From Octopus bimaculoides (taxonomy: Eukaryota): a DNA stretch of 44,402 bases. The position numbers and the translations under genes are program-made. This document shows, piece after piece, positions 1-12,334 of the stretch (the first letter of the stretch is position 1; each line of letters starts with the position of its first letter). The notes below the pieces were generated by a model. It was not told the origin of the DNA and did no database searches. It saw nothing but the letters and a program-made list of their open reading frames with translations. The stretch spans positions 71,031,732-71,076,133 of the forward strand of contig NC_068987.1 in assembly GCF_001194135.2 (NCBI RefSeq). Reading direction: 5' to 3'.

Positions 1-58
<58 letters not shown>

Positions 59-1534
59 CACGTATGTGTAGATATATCTATATGTATTTATGTATGTATA
101 CATATAGAAACGTTGATTTATAAGTACTTCTATATTATGCGAAATATGCGAGTGATATATGTATGTATTTTAGATGTGTGAAAACTCTTAGTAAGTAATA
201 ATGATAATGTGAGAACATGTTGTAGACTTGAACCCCGAATACATTATTGTCGATGATCATGATCCTTTTAAACGTTGATATTTATATGAATAAAATTATT
301 TTCAGACGTAGTATTGTTTGCGTTTGTGTTGCTTTCAATTATACCCGCTGATGCAGTTTACACGCTGAGAGAAACCAATACAAGCGTACACATATATATA
401 TGTATTCCGGTATTCGTTTCTGTACGCATGTATGATTGTGTAAGTTTATGGATGCGCGCGTTTTTCTTTGTAGTTGCACGTACTTCCTTGAATACGTGTG
501 TATTTGTAGATAACGAGCATGTGTGCATTTGCTAGTAGTGTGCATATAGGTATGATTCATGTATCGATTGTTTAGTAGTCTGTCATTTAATACATACGTA
601 ACTTCTATACTTCCATTTATCTATGTGCATTTATGTATGTATGATCTGCCTGTCGGCCCCGTCTCTTCACGCCTTTCACTCTCTCTCTCCCCCTTTCTCC
701 CCTCCCCCTCTTTCCCTCTCTCCCGAATATTCGTTCCAACAGCCTGCTTTTTCAAGTCTCAATCTACAGTTCTATTTCTATCACCTTTCATTCTTTCCGT
801 TTCCTAAATTTTCTATCACATTTTTCTTCTTTCAGATTCTTATCTCATTTTGTTTTTCTATAATCTCATTATATTTATATTCTAAACTCTCTTTATGCCA
901 TATACTTCGTGTTCTTCACTATCGGCATTATTTACATGCGTTGGTGAACGTGTGCGTATGTCTTTGTGCGTGTGTATTTGCGCGCATGCTTTCGTGCTTG
1001 CACGAGAGAGGCCACACTGTATGGATGCATATATATATATATGTATATATATATCGATGTATGTGTGTGAACGTTTATGCATCGTTTATCATTTGATTCT
1101 CCTCCCATCGCTAGTCTGGTCTCACAGTTGAATATATTTAGTAAATATGAAAGTAGCTCCACCCATATGTTTGACGTCATTTCTTCTACTGCGTCTTAAA
1201 GAAACTATGAATGATGACTTAGAGACATCTGAAGTTTTACTTTTAAAGATATGCCTATCCAATATACAAAAATAACAGCTAGTACTGCGACTATATTGAC
1301 TTATGTATGATTACACATACACGTACACTCACAAACACACATACACTCACATATGACAAATGAATTATCATACAAGTAGAATTCTGTTGTTGTAAACTTA
1401 AATGTGTGTGCGTATATTTGAATCTATGACTTCTGTGTTTGTACTTCTGTGCATGGGTGTTTTTTTTTATATATATGTATATATATATAGATAGATAGAT
1501 AGATAGATAGATAGATGACACATGGGATAAATTT

Positions 1535-1620
<86 letters not shown>

Positions 1621-1685
1621 CTACTTCTATTCAGTTATCGGTATTTATATATATATGTATATATATATTCTTTTATTCTGATAAT

Positions 1686-1990
1686 TTCTTATTTGTTTCA
1701 GTTATTTGACTGCGGCCATCCTGAGGCCCTGCATTTAATCGTACGAATCGACCCAAGGACTTATTCCTTGTAAGTTTAGTACTCATTGTAACTGACTGTT
1801 ATCTAAGTTACGAGGACGTAAACACATGAACATCGGTTGTCAAGTGATGGTGGGAGAACAAACACAGACAAACAAACATACCTATATACATACGACGAGC
1901 TCCTTTCAGTGTCTCTCTATCAAATCCACGCGCAAGACTTTAGTTTGACCGAGGCTATAGGAGAAGACAATTGCGCGAGGTGCCACGCCT
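1686..1990 (-). mobile_element. 5'-truncated tRNA-derived SINE (Octopus-type, Meta/CORE-like central domain)
   Basis: Collinear with the copy at 7530-8011. Shared blocks include gactgcggccat..., gacccaaggacttattc, gacgtaaacac, caaatccacgcgcaagactttagtt and gaggctata. The family name is from memory, not a search. Confidence 0.8.
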
Positions 1991-2053
1991 ACATACTATC
2001 TATATACATAATTATAGACACATATATATATACGATTTATATTCATAATTATA

Positions 2054-2120
<67 letters not shown>

Positions 2121-2199
2121 TATTTATAAACATACGTATAGACAAACACATACACATATATATGTACATATATATATATATGAATATGTATATATATAG

Positions 2200-2285
<86 letters not shown>

Positions 2286-2492
2286 GTATATGTATATATA
2301 TACCTACATATATAGACATATGTATATATATAAAAATATATATGCATATATAAATAAATATATTCATATATATATACATATGAATATATATACATAAATA
2401 TGCATATGTGCGTGTTTGTGTGTGTGTGTATGTATGTATGGTTGTATAGTGCTTCCTTTCTTTGCATGTGTATGTACATACATACATACATA

Positions 2493-2530
<38 letters not shown>

Positions 2531-2533
<3 letters not shown>

Positions 2534-4050
2534 CCCTGGCCAAAAGTATTAGGCCACCCCAATGCTTTGGGGTTCTCCTATCTCACTGTTAACGAAACTC
2601 GTGCCCATGGTCGATTGTGGTGTATTTCACAATATACATTAGTTTAATACCTGTCTGATCCACCTTTAGCTTCAATTACTGCTTTTATACGGTTAGGCAT
2701 TGAATCAGCTAGTTCCTTGCAGGCGCTGGGCGCAATTTTACTTCATTCTCCTCTCACCATTTGGTACAAATGCTCTTTATTATTAATTTTTTTGTTCCTG
2801 ATAGCTTCCCCGTAGGTGTTCGATCGGATTTAGATCGTATCATCGAGCTGTCTAGTCCAGGGAACAATACCCTGTGTCGCAAACCATTAACGAGTATTCT
2901 TTGCTGTGTGGCATGGAACGTTGTCATATTGAAAGATAACACTGTTTTTCGACCCTCCTGAATGCAATTTAGCAATTGATGGCTCTAAAACATCCGACAA
3001 TATAGAAACATAGGTAGCTGAATTCATCCTTCCCTGACATAAAAACATTTTTCCGGGTCCTGTGGCAGACATTCAGGCCGACACCATGGTAGAACCACCC
3101 CCGTGTTTTACGGTTGGTACCAGACATTCAGCCTTAATTTCTTCCCTAACTCTGCGACGCACGAAATGATCTCCTGATGTACTGAAAACCTGGGTAAAAA
3201 CATGAAAAATAATATTAGCTTTATGTTGGATACTTTTTTTATATATTTTGGGCAACAAACCAGTTACGTTAAGTTTATATGTTGATTGAATACATGTACT
3301 ATCTTACCTCATAGTTACTCTCATCAGACCATATGACTTTCGACCATTGTTCACTGGTCCAATTTGAATGATTTTTGGCCCACTGAATCCGTTTTTCCAT
3401 ATTCGCTTCAGAAACCCATGGCGTCTTCCTGGCTTTACAGCCTTTCAGACCGTACCCTACTAGCCTTCTTCTAACAGTTCTGGTTCATATTATTGAAGTA
3501 CTTGCCGCGTTGAAGTCCGCACAGAGCTCCGACGATGTTTTTCTCCTGTTTCTGAACGGCTAGTGGGTGATAGATCTGTCATCACGAGGTGATGTAACCT
3601 TTTTTCTACCTGTTCTTTGTATAGTCTTCACATCCTTTGTCTCTCTGAAGCGCTTGAGAGTCGATTGCACCGCACATCGAGAACATTTCATCTTCTGAGC
3701 AATTTGCCTTTGAGACATTCCATCTTTATGATGAGCTACGATTTGACCTCACTCACACTCACTGAACTCCTTTGTTTTAGGCAATTTACTGTTTACTAAC
3801 TGTATCTATTTTAGCATAAAACTCTGAAATAATCAAGGAAACATAAGTTAATTGTGGACATTGGTCTTACTCATAATTGGCTACATATGTACAGTATAAA
3901 TGTGGTAATTGATGCTTAAGAAGGGTCAACCAGATATTAAAACTAATGTATACTGTGAAATACGCCATAATCTACCATGTGCACGAGTTTCATTAACATT
4001 GAGATAGCAGAGCCCAAAACATTGGGCAGGCCTATTACTTTTGGCCAAGA

Positions 4051-4053
<3 letters not shown>
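2531..4053 (-). mobile_element. Full-length Tc1-family DNA transposon (defective), about 155-bp imperfect TIRs, inserted in (TA)n
   Basis: Left end (t)agccctggccaaaagtattaggcc... matches the reverse complement of the right end, cagtcttggccaaaagtaataggcc..., over about 155 bp. TA/(TA)n lies on both sides and a transposase remnant lies between. Confidence 0.95.
2644..3784 (-). pseudogene. Tc1 DDE transposase pseudogene with one 118-bp GT-AG intron (3190-3307)
   Basis: Manual translation: (M)PKTKEFSECE*GQIVAHHKDGMSQRQIAQKMKCSRCAVQSTLKRF...RTGRKKVTSPRDDR...WSKVIWSDESNYE|VFSTSGDHFVRRR...TVKHGGGSTMV...FQYDNVPCHTAK...DLNPIEHL...SMPNRIKAVIEAKGGSDRY*. About 340 codons after splicing, with several in-frame stops and a frameshift before the catalytic E. 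Confidence 0.92.
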
Positions 4054-4092
<39 letters not shown>

Positions 4093-4614
4093 TGTATAAT
4101 AAATAAATCTTTTCTATATAATTTTGTTTGGTTTCTTTCTTGCAGATAGTTCTATCTACTATTCTTTAGATACTTTAATTTATATGTGAATAAGATTCTC
4201 AAATAATTCTGGTATTCTACTTTTTATGAACTTTATCTTTTTTTTGCAGATAAATTGGTCTTCTCAATTCGCCTCTGTTGAATCGTTAGAAAACTTCATT
4301 GTGAACCATAAGTTTATTATCACCTTTTCGTATGTCTAAAATCAAAGATTTTTCTCAATCTAGTTTAACATAAAAAAATTAAAATGTTACATTTAATTCA
4401 GATGCCTATATATCTTTCTAAATATCTGCTTGACGAAAACAAAATATTTCCATTGGAAATTGCTGAAACAATATTCCTTCAGACTTCTTGCAAGGCTTGA
4501 GAGTAAAATGAAATGTCTAGAAGTTGCAGAATGTGAAACTGCATCACAATCGACATGAATGAAAGTTAGCACTTTATCGCCGAAACAAACTAACAATATT
4601 CGCTTTGTGTTTAA

Positions 4615-5220
4615 GGTGGCGAACTGGCATAAACGTTAGCACGCTGAGCGAAATGCTTAGTGGTATTTCGTCTGCCGTTACGTGCTGCGTTCAAATTCCG
4701 CCGAGGTCGACTTTGCCTTTGAACCATTCGGGATTTGATAAATTAAGTACTAATTGCGCACTGGGGTCGACGTAATCGACTTAACCCCTTTGTCTGTCCT
4801 TGTTTGTCTCCTCTATGTTTATCCCCGTGTGGGCAATAAAGAAATATGAAACGTTAGCACGCCGGGTGAAATGCTTAACGGTATTTCGTCTGCCGTTACG
4901 TGCTGCGTTCAAATTCCGCCGAGGTCGACTTTGCCTTTGAACCATTCGGGATTTGATAAATTAAGTACCAGTTGCGCACTGGGGTCGACGTAATCGACTT
5001 AACCCCTTTGACTGTCCTTGTCTGTCTCCTCTATGTTTATCCCCTTGTGGGCAATAAAGAAATAAGAAACGTTAGCACGCCGGGTGAAATGCTTAGCGGT
5101 ATTTCGTCTGTCTTAACGTTCTGAGTACAAATTCCGCCAAGATCGATTTTACCTTTCATCCTTTCGGGATCGATAAACTAAGTATCAGTTGCTAACCGGG
5201 GTCGATCTAATCGACTGCCT
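4615..5220 (+). mobile_element. Head-to-tail trimer of a tRNA-derived CORE-type SINE (218-bp period)
   Basis: aacgttagcac recurs at 4632, 4850 and 5068. Each unit has a B-box-like gttcaaattcc and the block gtcgactttgcctt...gataaattaagtac...ggggtcga. The third unit is more divergent and truncated. Confidence 0.88.
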
Positions 5221-6146
5221 TCTTCTGCCATTATTTCAATAATAATAATTTGTTGTTGATTCTACTGGTATTATTTGCATCGTTGTTTTCAGTGTTTAGG
5301 CTGCAACTATCAAAATGATTGACGAGATCTATGATCAAAACATTCCAACCATAACCACCCCTTCTTCAGAGGTGTATGGCAGTAACCATATGTAATTAAT
5401 TCATCCTTGCTCAAAAAAGCGAGGTGTCGTGAGGATATTTGTCTACTATTTATTTTGTTGAATGACCACGAGACTCTTTCTTTAACCTATGTATTTATTA
5501 CTGTGTTTCAGTACTCTAATAGCTAGGGCTCATAATCATAAGGTCTTTGGTTCGTTTCCAATACGTCCTTAAGTTACTTTATTTCACTTCGACTGAGTGT
5601 TTGTAGGCACCTAAAGCAATTAGTTAAAATATGGTACATGTTCTTGAGAGACGGCTGGTTGCTCTTTACTGCACATAGACGTGTTCAGTAAAAGACAAAT
5701 CACTTTAATAGTCTAAATTTTCAGCCATCCCGTAAAAGGTTATGGTGTTAGCGATTTACTAGAAACAGTAGCTAAATACCCTTCAAATCACACAGTAACT
5801 TCTTTAAAACCAAGATAATATCACATAAGGCCATGAAGTTTTAGTTACCATATATCTAGACTTCATTGGAAAACTCTCTTCGTCGTATTTGCTTTTTCAT
5901 GGATTCACTTCAGATTAAGAAACTATTATCAGCCATGAAATTTCAAAGTGTAGCACGTTAATGGAGAAGCTCAGTACGTTATCCCATATGGACATATTAT
6001 GAAACGGGAAAATCATAATCCGAAAAAAGCTAGTGCATTGGACAACAGAGACGAGGTGAATGACCACTGGTACAATGTAATGTAATTAGTAGTCTCAACA
6101 GTTCAAATGAATACTGTGTCAAGTTCTCTGATCGTTTATAGACCAC

Positions 6147-6166
6147 CATGGATGATGATGATGTTG

Positions 6167-6212
<46 letters not shown>

Positions 6213-6248
6213 TGATGATGATGATGATGATGATGATAATGATGATGA
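6147..6248. repeat. Compound (GAT)n/(AAT)n microsatellite
   Basis: Read directly; it explains the poly-D/N ORF. Confidence 0.95.
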
Positions 6249-6523
6249 TTTATTCAATGAAGAGCAACTGTATTTGAAATATCAGCAAATCAAATATCGG
6301 AAAAAGAAAACTGTCGTTATGGAAAGAAAAGATTAAAATATATCAAGACGCACAAGAAGTAGAAATTAAAATTATGGAAATAAACTATAATAAAAGAGAT
6401 AGCAAAAGGGGGGGGGGTTCAAAACTGCAACGTAAGGAGGAAGACCAGAAAGAAGTGAACGAGAAAGCGGTGGATTGAAAAAGGAAGCGAGAAGAAAAAA
6501 ATTATTCGATGGTTAATGATTAA

Positions 6524-6526
6524 ATG

Positions 6527-6598
<72 letters not shown>
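6524..6598. repeat. (TGG)/(TAG)n microsatellite
   Basis: Read directly. Confidence 0.95.
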
Positions 6599-6727
6599 TA
6601 TTTACATATATACATTCATATAATTAACGACTTACATCGCCAAAGCAAGGGTACAGCCCAGAAATATACACCCTTATACCTCATATATTCGTGTTCGTAT
6701 TTGCGTGTGTATAAGTGTGTTTGTATT

Positions 6728-6758
<31 letters not shown>

Positions 6759-6885
6759 ACGGTCGAACGCCGATGGTTGTCATGAAAAAAAAACCGAAGT
6801 TGTTATTTATCAACAGTCTTTTCCAAATTTCAGATGCAACCAGATAAAGTCTTACAGAAAACATGAACGCAGAAGTTCCTTGATG

Positions 6886-6948
<63 letters not shown>

Positions 6949-7529
6949 CAAAAATGGGACAAGAACGCAAAACATCCAGACAGTTAGGTGATACAAAAAA
7001 GGGCCAACAAAATATCCAGACAGAAGATATAAGGAAAACAAGGACGGGTCATTCGGAGTTTTCTATCCTCAGTAGAATTCCAGGTTATCTTTGCAATTTC
7101 GCCTGGTTATAATCTAGATAACTCCAATCTAACCAGTCTCAAGCGTAAAATAAGCTAAGAGCATTAAATTCCTTGGAAGAAATCAGCGAATTTATGCGAA
7201 AACAAGGACGGAAAAAAACAGAGAAATGTTACACAATTACAAATGCAATTAACAAGACATAGCAACAGATGTCTTTCGACTAAGGACGAATTAAATTAAG
7301 CTGGTGTGTGTGGAAGTAAAGCCTTACGAAAGGGACACACGATTTAACAGGCACAGGGAGGAATATAGATGTTGCACGGATGGTAGTCGAACCAAGAATG
7401 AGTGGAAGAAATACGTATATACGTATATACGTATATACGTATTTACGTATATGTTTATTTGTATATTTGGATTCGTGTCCAAATATGTGTTACTATTGCA
7501 TATATTCTTTTGTTCTTTCATTCCCTTAC

Positions 7530-8011
<482 letters not shown>

Positions 8012-8445
8012 GTATGCATGTGTTTATGTAAATATGCATGTCTTTGTATATGTGAGCGTTTTTACATGTGTGCGTTTGCAAGCTTACTGAAGTATCTCGA
8101 CACTTTTTTAGGAACGCCAACATCCAGATCATTTCTCTCTCTCCCCTTCTCTCTCTCCCCTTCTCTCTCGCTCTCTTTCTCTCTCCTTCTATTCCTCTTT
8201 CTCTTTCTTTTTTCGTTCTTCCATGACATTTTTTTTTACTTCTTTTCTTTCTCCCACCACGTATTATTCTCTCATTTTCTTTTCGTTTTCTTTCTCTAGC
8301 TTGTAACAACTAAGTTGTATATTTAAAATACACACGAAGAAGTACTATGTGCGTATAAATACGAGTGTAGACATCTATACATGCATTTGTATATATTTAT
8401 GTTTTGCTTGTATTTATTAATATATGTATGTCAGCATGAACCAAG

Positions 8446-8720
8446 GTTCGTATGTTTAGTGTATATATGTACATATACGGTTTTTGGCATGTGCATATAT
8501 TACTAAATGTGTATGTATTCTTATGGTGCTAGTCCTTTCTAAATCTATGCTAGACGAAAACAAAACAATTCCATTAGCCCTTTGTGGGCCAGAAAGAAAT
8601 AAGAAACGTTAGCACGCCAACGTTCGTATGTTTAGTGTATATATGTATATATAGGTTTTTTGGCATGTGCATATATTACTAAGTGTGTATGTATTGTTAT
8701 GATGCTAGTCCTTTGTAAAT
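8446..8720 (+). repeat. Direct duplication of 99 bp (8446-8544 / 8622-8720) around a SINE junction fragment
   Basis: gttcgtatgtttagtgtatatatg...gctagtccttt(c/g)taaat occurs twice. The spacer contains tttgtgggcc..aaagaaataagaaacgttagcacgcc, as at 5044-5080. Confidence 0.85.
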
Positions 8721-9141
8721 GTTTTTCTTCTGAATCGACATATCTTTTAATTTATTTAACTTTATTTTTACCATAGGTTTTTTTTTCTTTCTACTAAAAC
8801 TAATTTTTGATTTAAGGTTTTCTTCGATTTTAATTATAATATGATTTGAAATCGTAATTGTAATCTCATACAACCGATTATTGAAAAGACCGTTAGTTGA
8901 AAGGACCAATGAAACAAGACCATTTTCAAATGTATCTATCAACAACGTAAGTGTATATTTATGCATATAACTCTATTTTTTTGCATTCTCAACCAAAACT
9001 GCCCGACGAATGGGAACGCGAATCTTTCAGTTTTGTGAAGTCTTTGCAGCTATATTGATAAAGCATATTACTCTACCTCCGTTGTTCGAGTAATATTTTT
9101 TTCCAACTTGTTTCAAATCTTTGTGATTAATCTGATATAAG

Positions 9142-9176
<35 letters not shown>

Positions 9177-9589
9177 AAGTATATGAAGCTATGTAGCTTA
9201 TGTGTTTTTATAGATGAAGCTGAAAACACTCAGTAGTAAACCTGGTGCAAATGTTTCGTATATAAAACTAATATTTATGGTTTATGGGTATATTATGTGT
9301 ATACAACGTGTATATTATATGAATATAAATTTATTTTTACTAGGAATATCGCAGTTGAAATAAACATTAACTTATCACAAACCGACCAACTACATTTACT
9401 AAATTACGAGACACGAATATCACGTACGCCAACTTCAGTATTTATAATTGTAATATGATGTATTTGTGTTATTTGGGAGAAAAAAACACCTCAGCACTAA
9501 ACACAAGTACCAAAACCGCCTTCTTGGCAGAAGCTATGTTCCCGCCCCTTCTTGCTTCATTGATATTTATGTTCCTCTATAGACGTCAT

Positions 9590-9858
9590 AACAGCGAGCA
9601 TCATCATCACAGTCATCGTCATTTTAACCACCGTCGTCATCATCGTCGTTGTTGTCAGTACTATCTTCGTCATCTTATTAAAATCATCTGCATGTATCAA
9701 GAACAGGTATCCTCCTCATCATCAACACCAGTACAACCTAAAGCCATCAAAGTTGCACCACCACCATCCCTATACTACCAACGCAGTCGTCGTCCTCGTC
9801 GTCGTCATCATCCTCATGATCATCGCCGTCATCTTCGTAGTCATACTAGTAGTAGTAA

Positions 9859-9907
<49 letters not shown>

Positions 9908-10395
9908 TGTGTTTCATCGTTATCATAAGCGACATCTTCTTTCTCCACCTCTTATCCCACATTATCATTAACAGCAACGTCGTCATCATCATAATCATCG
10001 TCGTCGTCTTCGTCATCATCATCATCATCATTAGCATCATCATCATCATCATCGTCGTCGTCATCATCATCATCATTAGCACCATGACTATCGTTGATAT
10101 ATTCCTACTCCACCTCCAATTCTCTATCATCACTATTACTATCGCTATCATCGTAATTACCACCATCATCATCATTATCATCATTATCATCATTAGCATC
10201 ATTATCTATCCATTATCATCACCATCATCATCCTCATCATTATTCCCCAAAACCGTCTATATACGTAAGTAACAGGCATTCTCCGTCGTGCCGCCAATAC
10301 CATCAATCTTATTACCAACGATCCCATCACCACCAAAATATCCCCAACAATAACGTCATCATCGTCATCGTTGTCGTCGTCGTCGTCATCGACAT
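9590..10395. repeat. Degenerate trinucleotide region (CAT/CGT/TAG repeats)
   Basis: Read directly; it generates the His/Ile/Ser/Met homopolymer ORFs. Confidence 0.9.
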
Positions 10396-10645
10396 CATAA
10401 GAAAAATATATTTCTTCTCCACTCCCCTCTACTTAGCTCTTATTTCTACATATATTTGGAAACTTCCTACGATGTACAAAAAAATACACCTGCTCCTGTA
10501 GTCAACATAAATCTTTCAAAATCTGTATTAATTCACACATACGCACACACGCGAAGATAATCACGTACACACAACAACAGCAGCATTCTCACTTCGCGTA
10601 CATAAAATCGTATAAGGATCGTAGTATAGTTGTTTCTATAGGTGC

Positions 10646-10676
<31 letters not shown>

Positions 10677-11501
10677 NNNNNNNNNNNNNNNNNNNNNNNN
10701 NNNNNNNNNNNNNNNNNNNNNNNNNNNNNNNNNNNNNNNNNNNNNNNNNNNNNNNNNNNNNNNNNNNNNNNNNNNNNNNNNNNNNNNNNNNNNNNNNNNN
10801 NNNNNNNNNNNNNNNNNNNNNNNNNNNNNNNNNNNNNNNNNNNNNNNNNNNNNNNNNNNNNNNNNNNNNNNNNNNNNNNNNNNNNNNNNNNNNNNNNNNN
10901 NNNNNNNNNNNNNNNNNNNNNNNNNNNNNNNNNNNNNNNNNNNNNNNNNNNNNNNNNNNNNNNNNNNNNNNNNNNNNNNNNNNNNNNNNNNNNNNNNNNN
11001 NNNNNNNNNNNNNNNNNNNNNNNNNNNNNNNNNNNNNNNNNNNNNNNNNNNNNNNNNNNNNNNNNNNNNNNNNNNNNNNNNNNNNNNNNNNNNNNNNNNN
11101 NNNNNNNNNNNNNNNNNNNNNNNNNNNTATATATATATATATATATATATATTCACACACACACATATATATCTATATATATATATATATATTTAAACTA
11201 AATGTATTTCTATGGATATATATATCGTAAAATATGTATCGTAAAATATGTTTATATACTCATACCTATATATGTATGTATCCATGTGCATATTCATATT
11301 TGCATATATATGATGTCTGTGTATGTGTGTGTGTGTTTGTATATATATACGTACATACGTTCGTATGTATGCCCGTATCGATACTCATATTCACTCTCAC
11401 ACACAAACGCACAAAAACGCACACACACACACAGACATAAACACACACACACACGCACACAAGCAGACTTAGGTATATACACATCATATATATATATATA
11501 C

Positions 11502-11542
<41 letters not shown>

Positions 11543-12136
11543 NNNNNNNNNNNNNNNNNNNNNNNNNNNNNNNNNNNNNNNNNNNNNNNNNNNNNNNNNN
11601 NNNNNNNNNNNNNNNNNNNNNNNNNNNNNNNNNNNNNNNNNNNNNNNNNNNNNNNNNNNNNNNNNNNNNNNNNNNNNNNNNNNNNNNNNNNNNNNNNNNN
11701 NNNNNNNNNNNNNNNNNNNNNNNNNNNNNNNNNNNNNNNNNNNNNNNNNNNNNNNNNNNNNNNNNNNNNNNNNNNNNNNNNNNNNNNNNNNNNNNNNNNN
11801 NNNNNNNNNNNNNNNNNNNNNNNNNNNNNNNNNNNNNNNNNNNNNNNNNNNNNNNNNNNNNNNNNNNNNNNNNNNNNNNNNNNNNNNNNNNNNNNNNNNN
11901 NNNNNNNNNNNNNNNNNNNNNNNNNNNNNNNNNNNNNNNNNNNNNNNNNNNNNNNNNNNNNNNNNNNNNNNNNNNNNNNNNNNNNNNNNNNNNNNNNNNN
12001 NNNNNNNNNNNNNNNNNNNNNNNNNNNNNNNNNNNNNNNNNNNNNTATATATATATATATATATATATGTTAATGGGCGTGTTTGAGTGTATACATGTAT
12101 GTTGTATTTATGGATGAGTGTATATATATTTATATA

Positions 12137-12263
12137 CAGGGTGTCCACAAAGTCTGGGTACATAGGGATTAATGCATACTTTACGAAATTATAATTTCTT
12201 CTATTTAATTGTTTATGTTATGATTTTATTTACTCCATGTACCCAGACTTTGTGGACACCCTG
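12137..12263. mobile_element. 127-bp Tc1/mariner-type MITE with perfect 27-bp TIRs and TA TSD
   Basis: TA-cagggtgtccacaaagtctgggtacat ... atgtacccagactttgtggacaccctg-TA. Confidence 0.92.
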
Positions 12264-12334
12264 TATATATATCCGTACATTATGATCTCAAATATGTGAT
12301 ATATTTAGTTGTAAAACATTGACTAAGTTTATTT

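Noticed and set aside
300-960. Acceptor-like ttcag sites followed by hydrophobic frames (VVLFAFVLLSIIPADA; ILISFCFSIISL)
   Set aside because: No good donors, and T-rich sequence gives hydrophobic translations by default.
4615-5220. Regular repeats as a possible CRISPR array or tRNA gene cluster
   Set aside because: These are whole-unit 218-bp duplications with no unique spacers and no full cloverleaf; this is a SINE trimer in eukaryotic DNA.
7040-7080. Hammerhead-like CTGAGGA-TAGAAAACTCC-GAATGACCC-GTC on the minus strand, in a probable repeat at 6940-7400
   Set aside because: GAAA is broken, stem III and stem I do not pair, and stem II is marginal. Too degenerate to call.
9455-10272. His/Ile/Met-rich ORFs of 118-157 aa
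   Set aside because: They are translations of CAT/CGT/TAG microsatellites.
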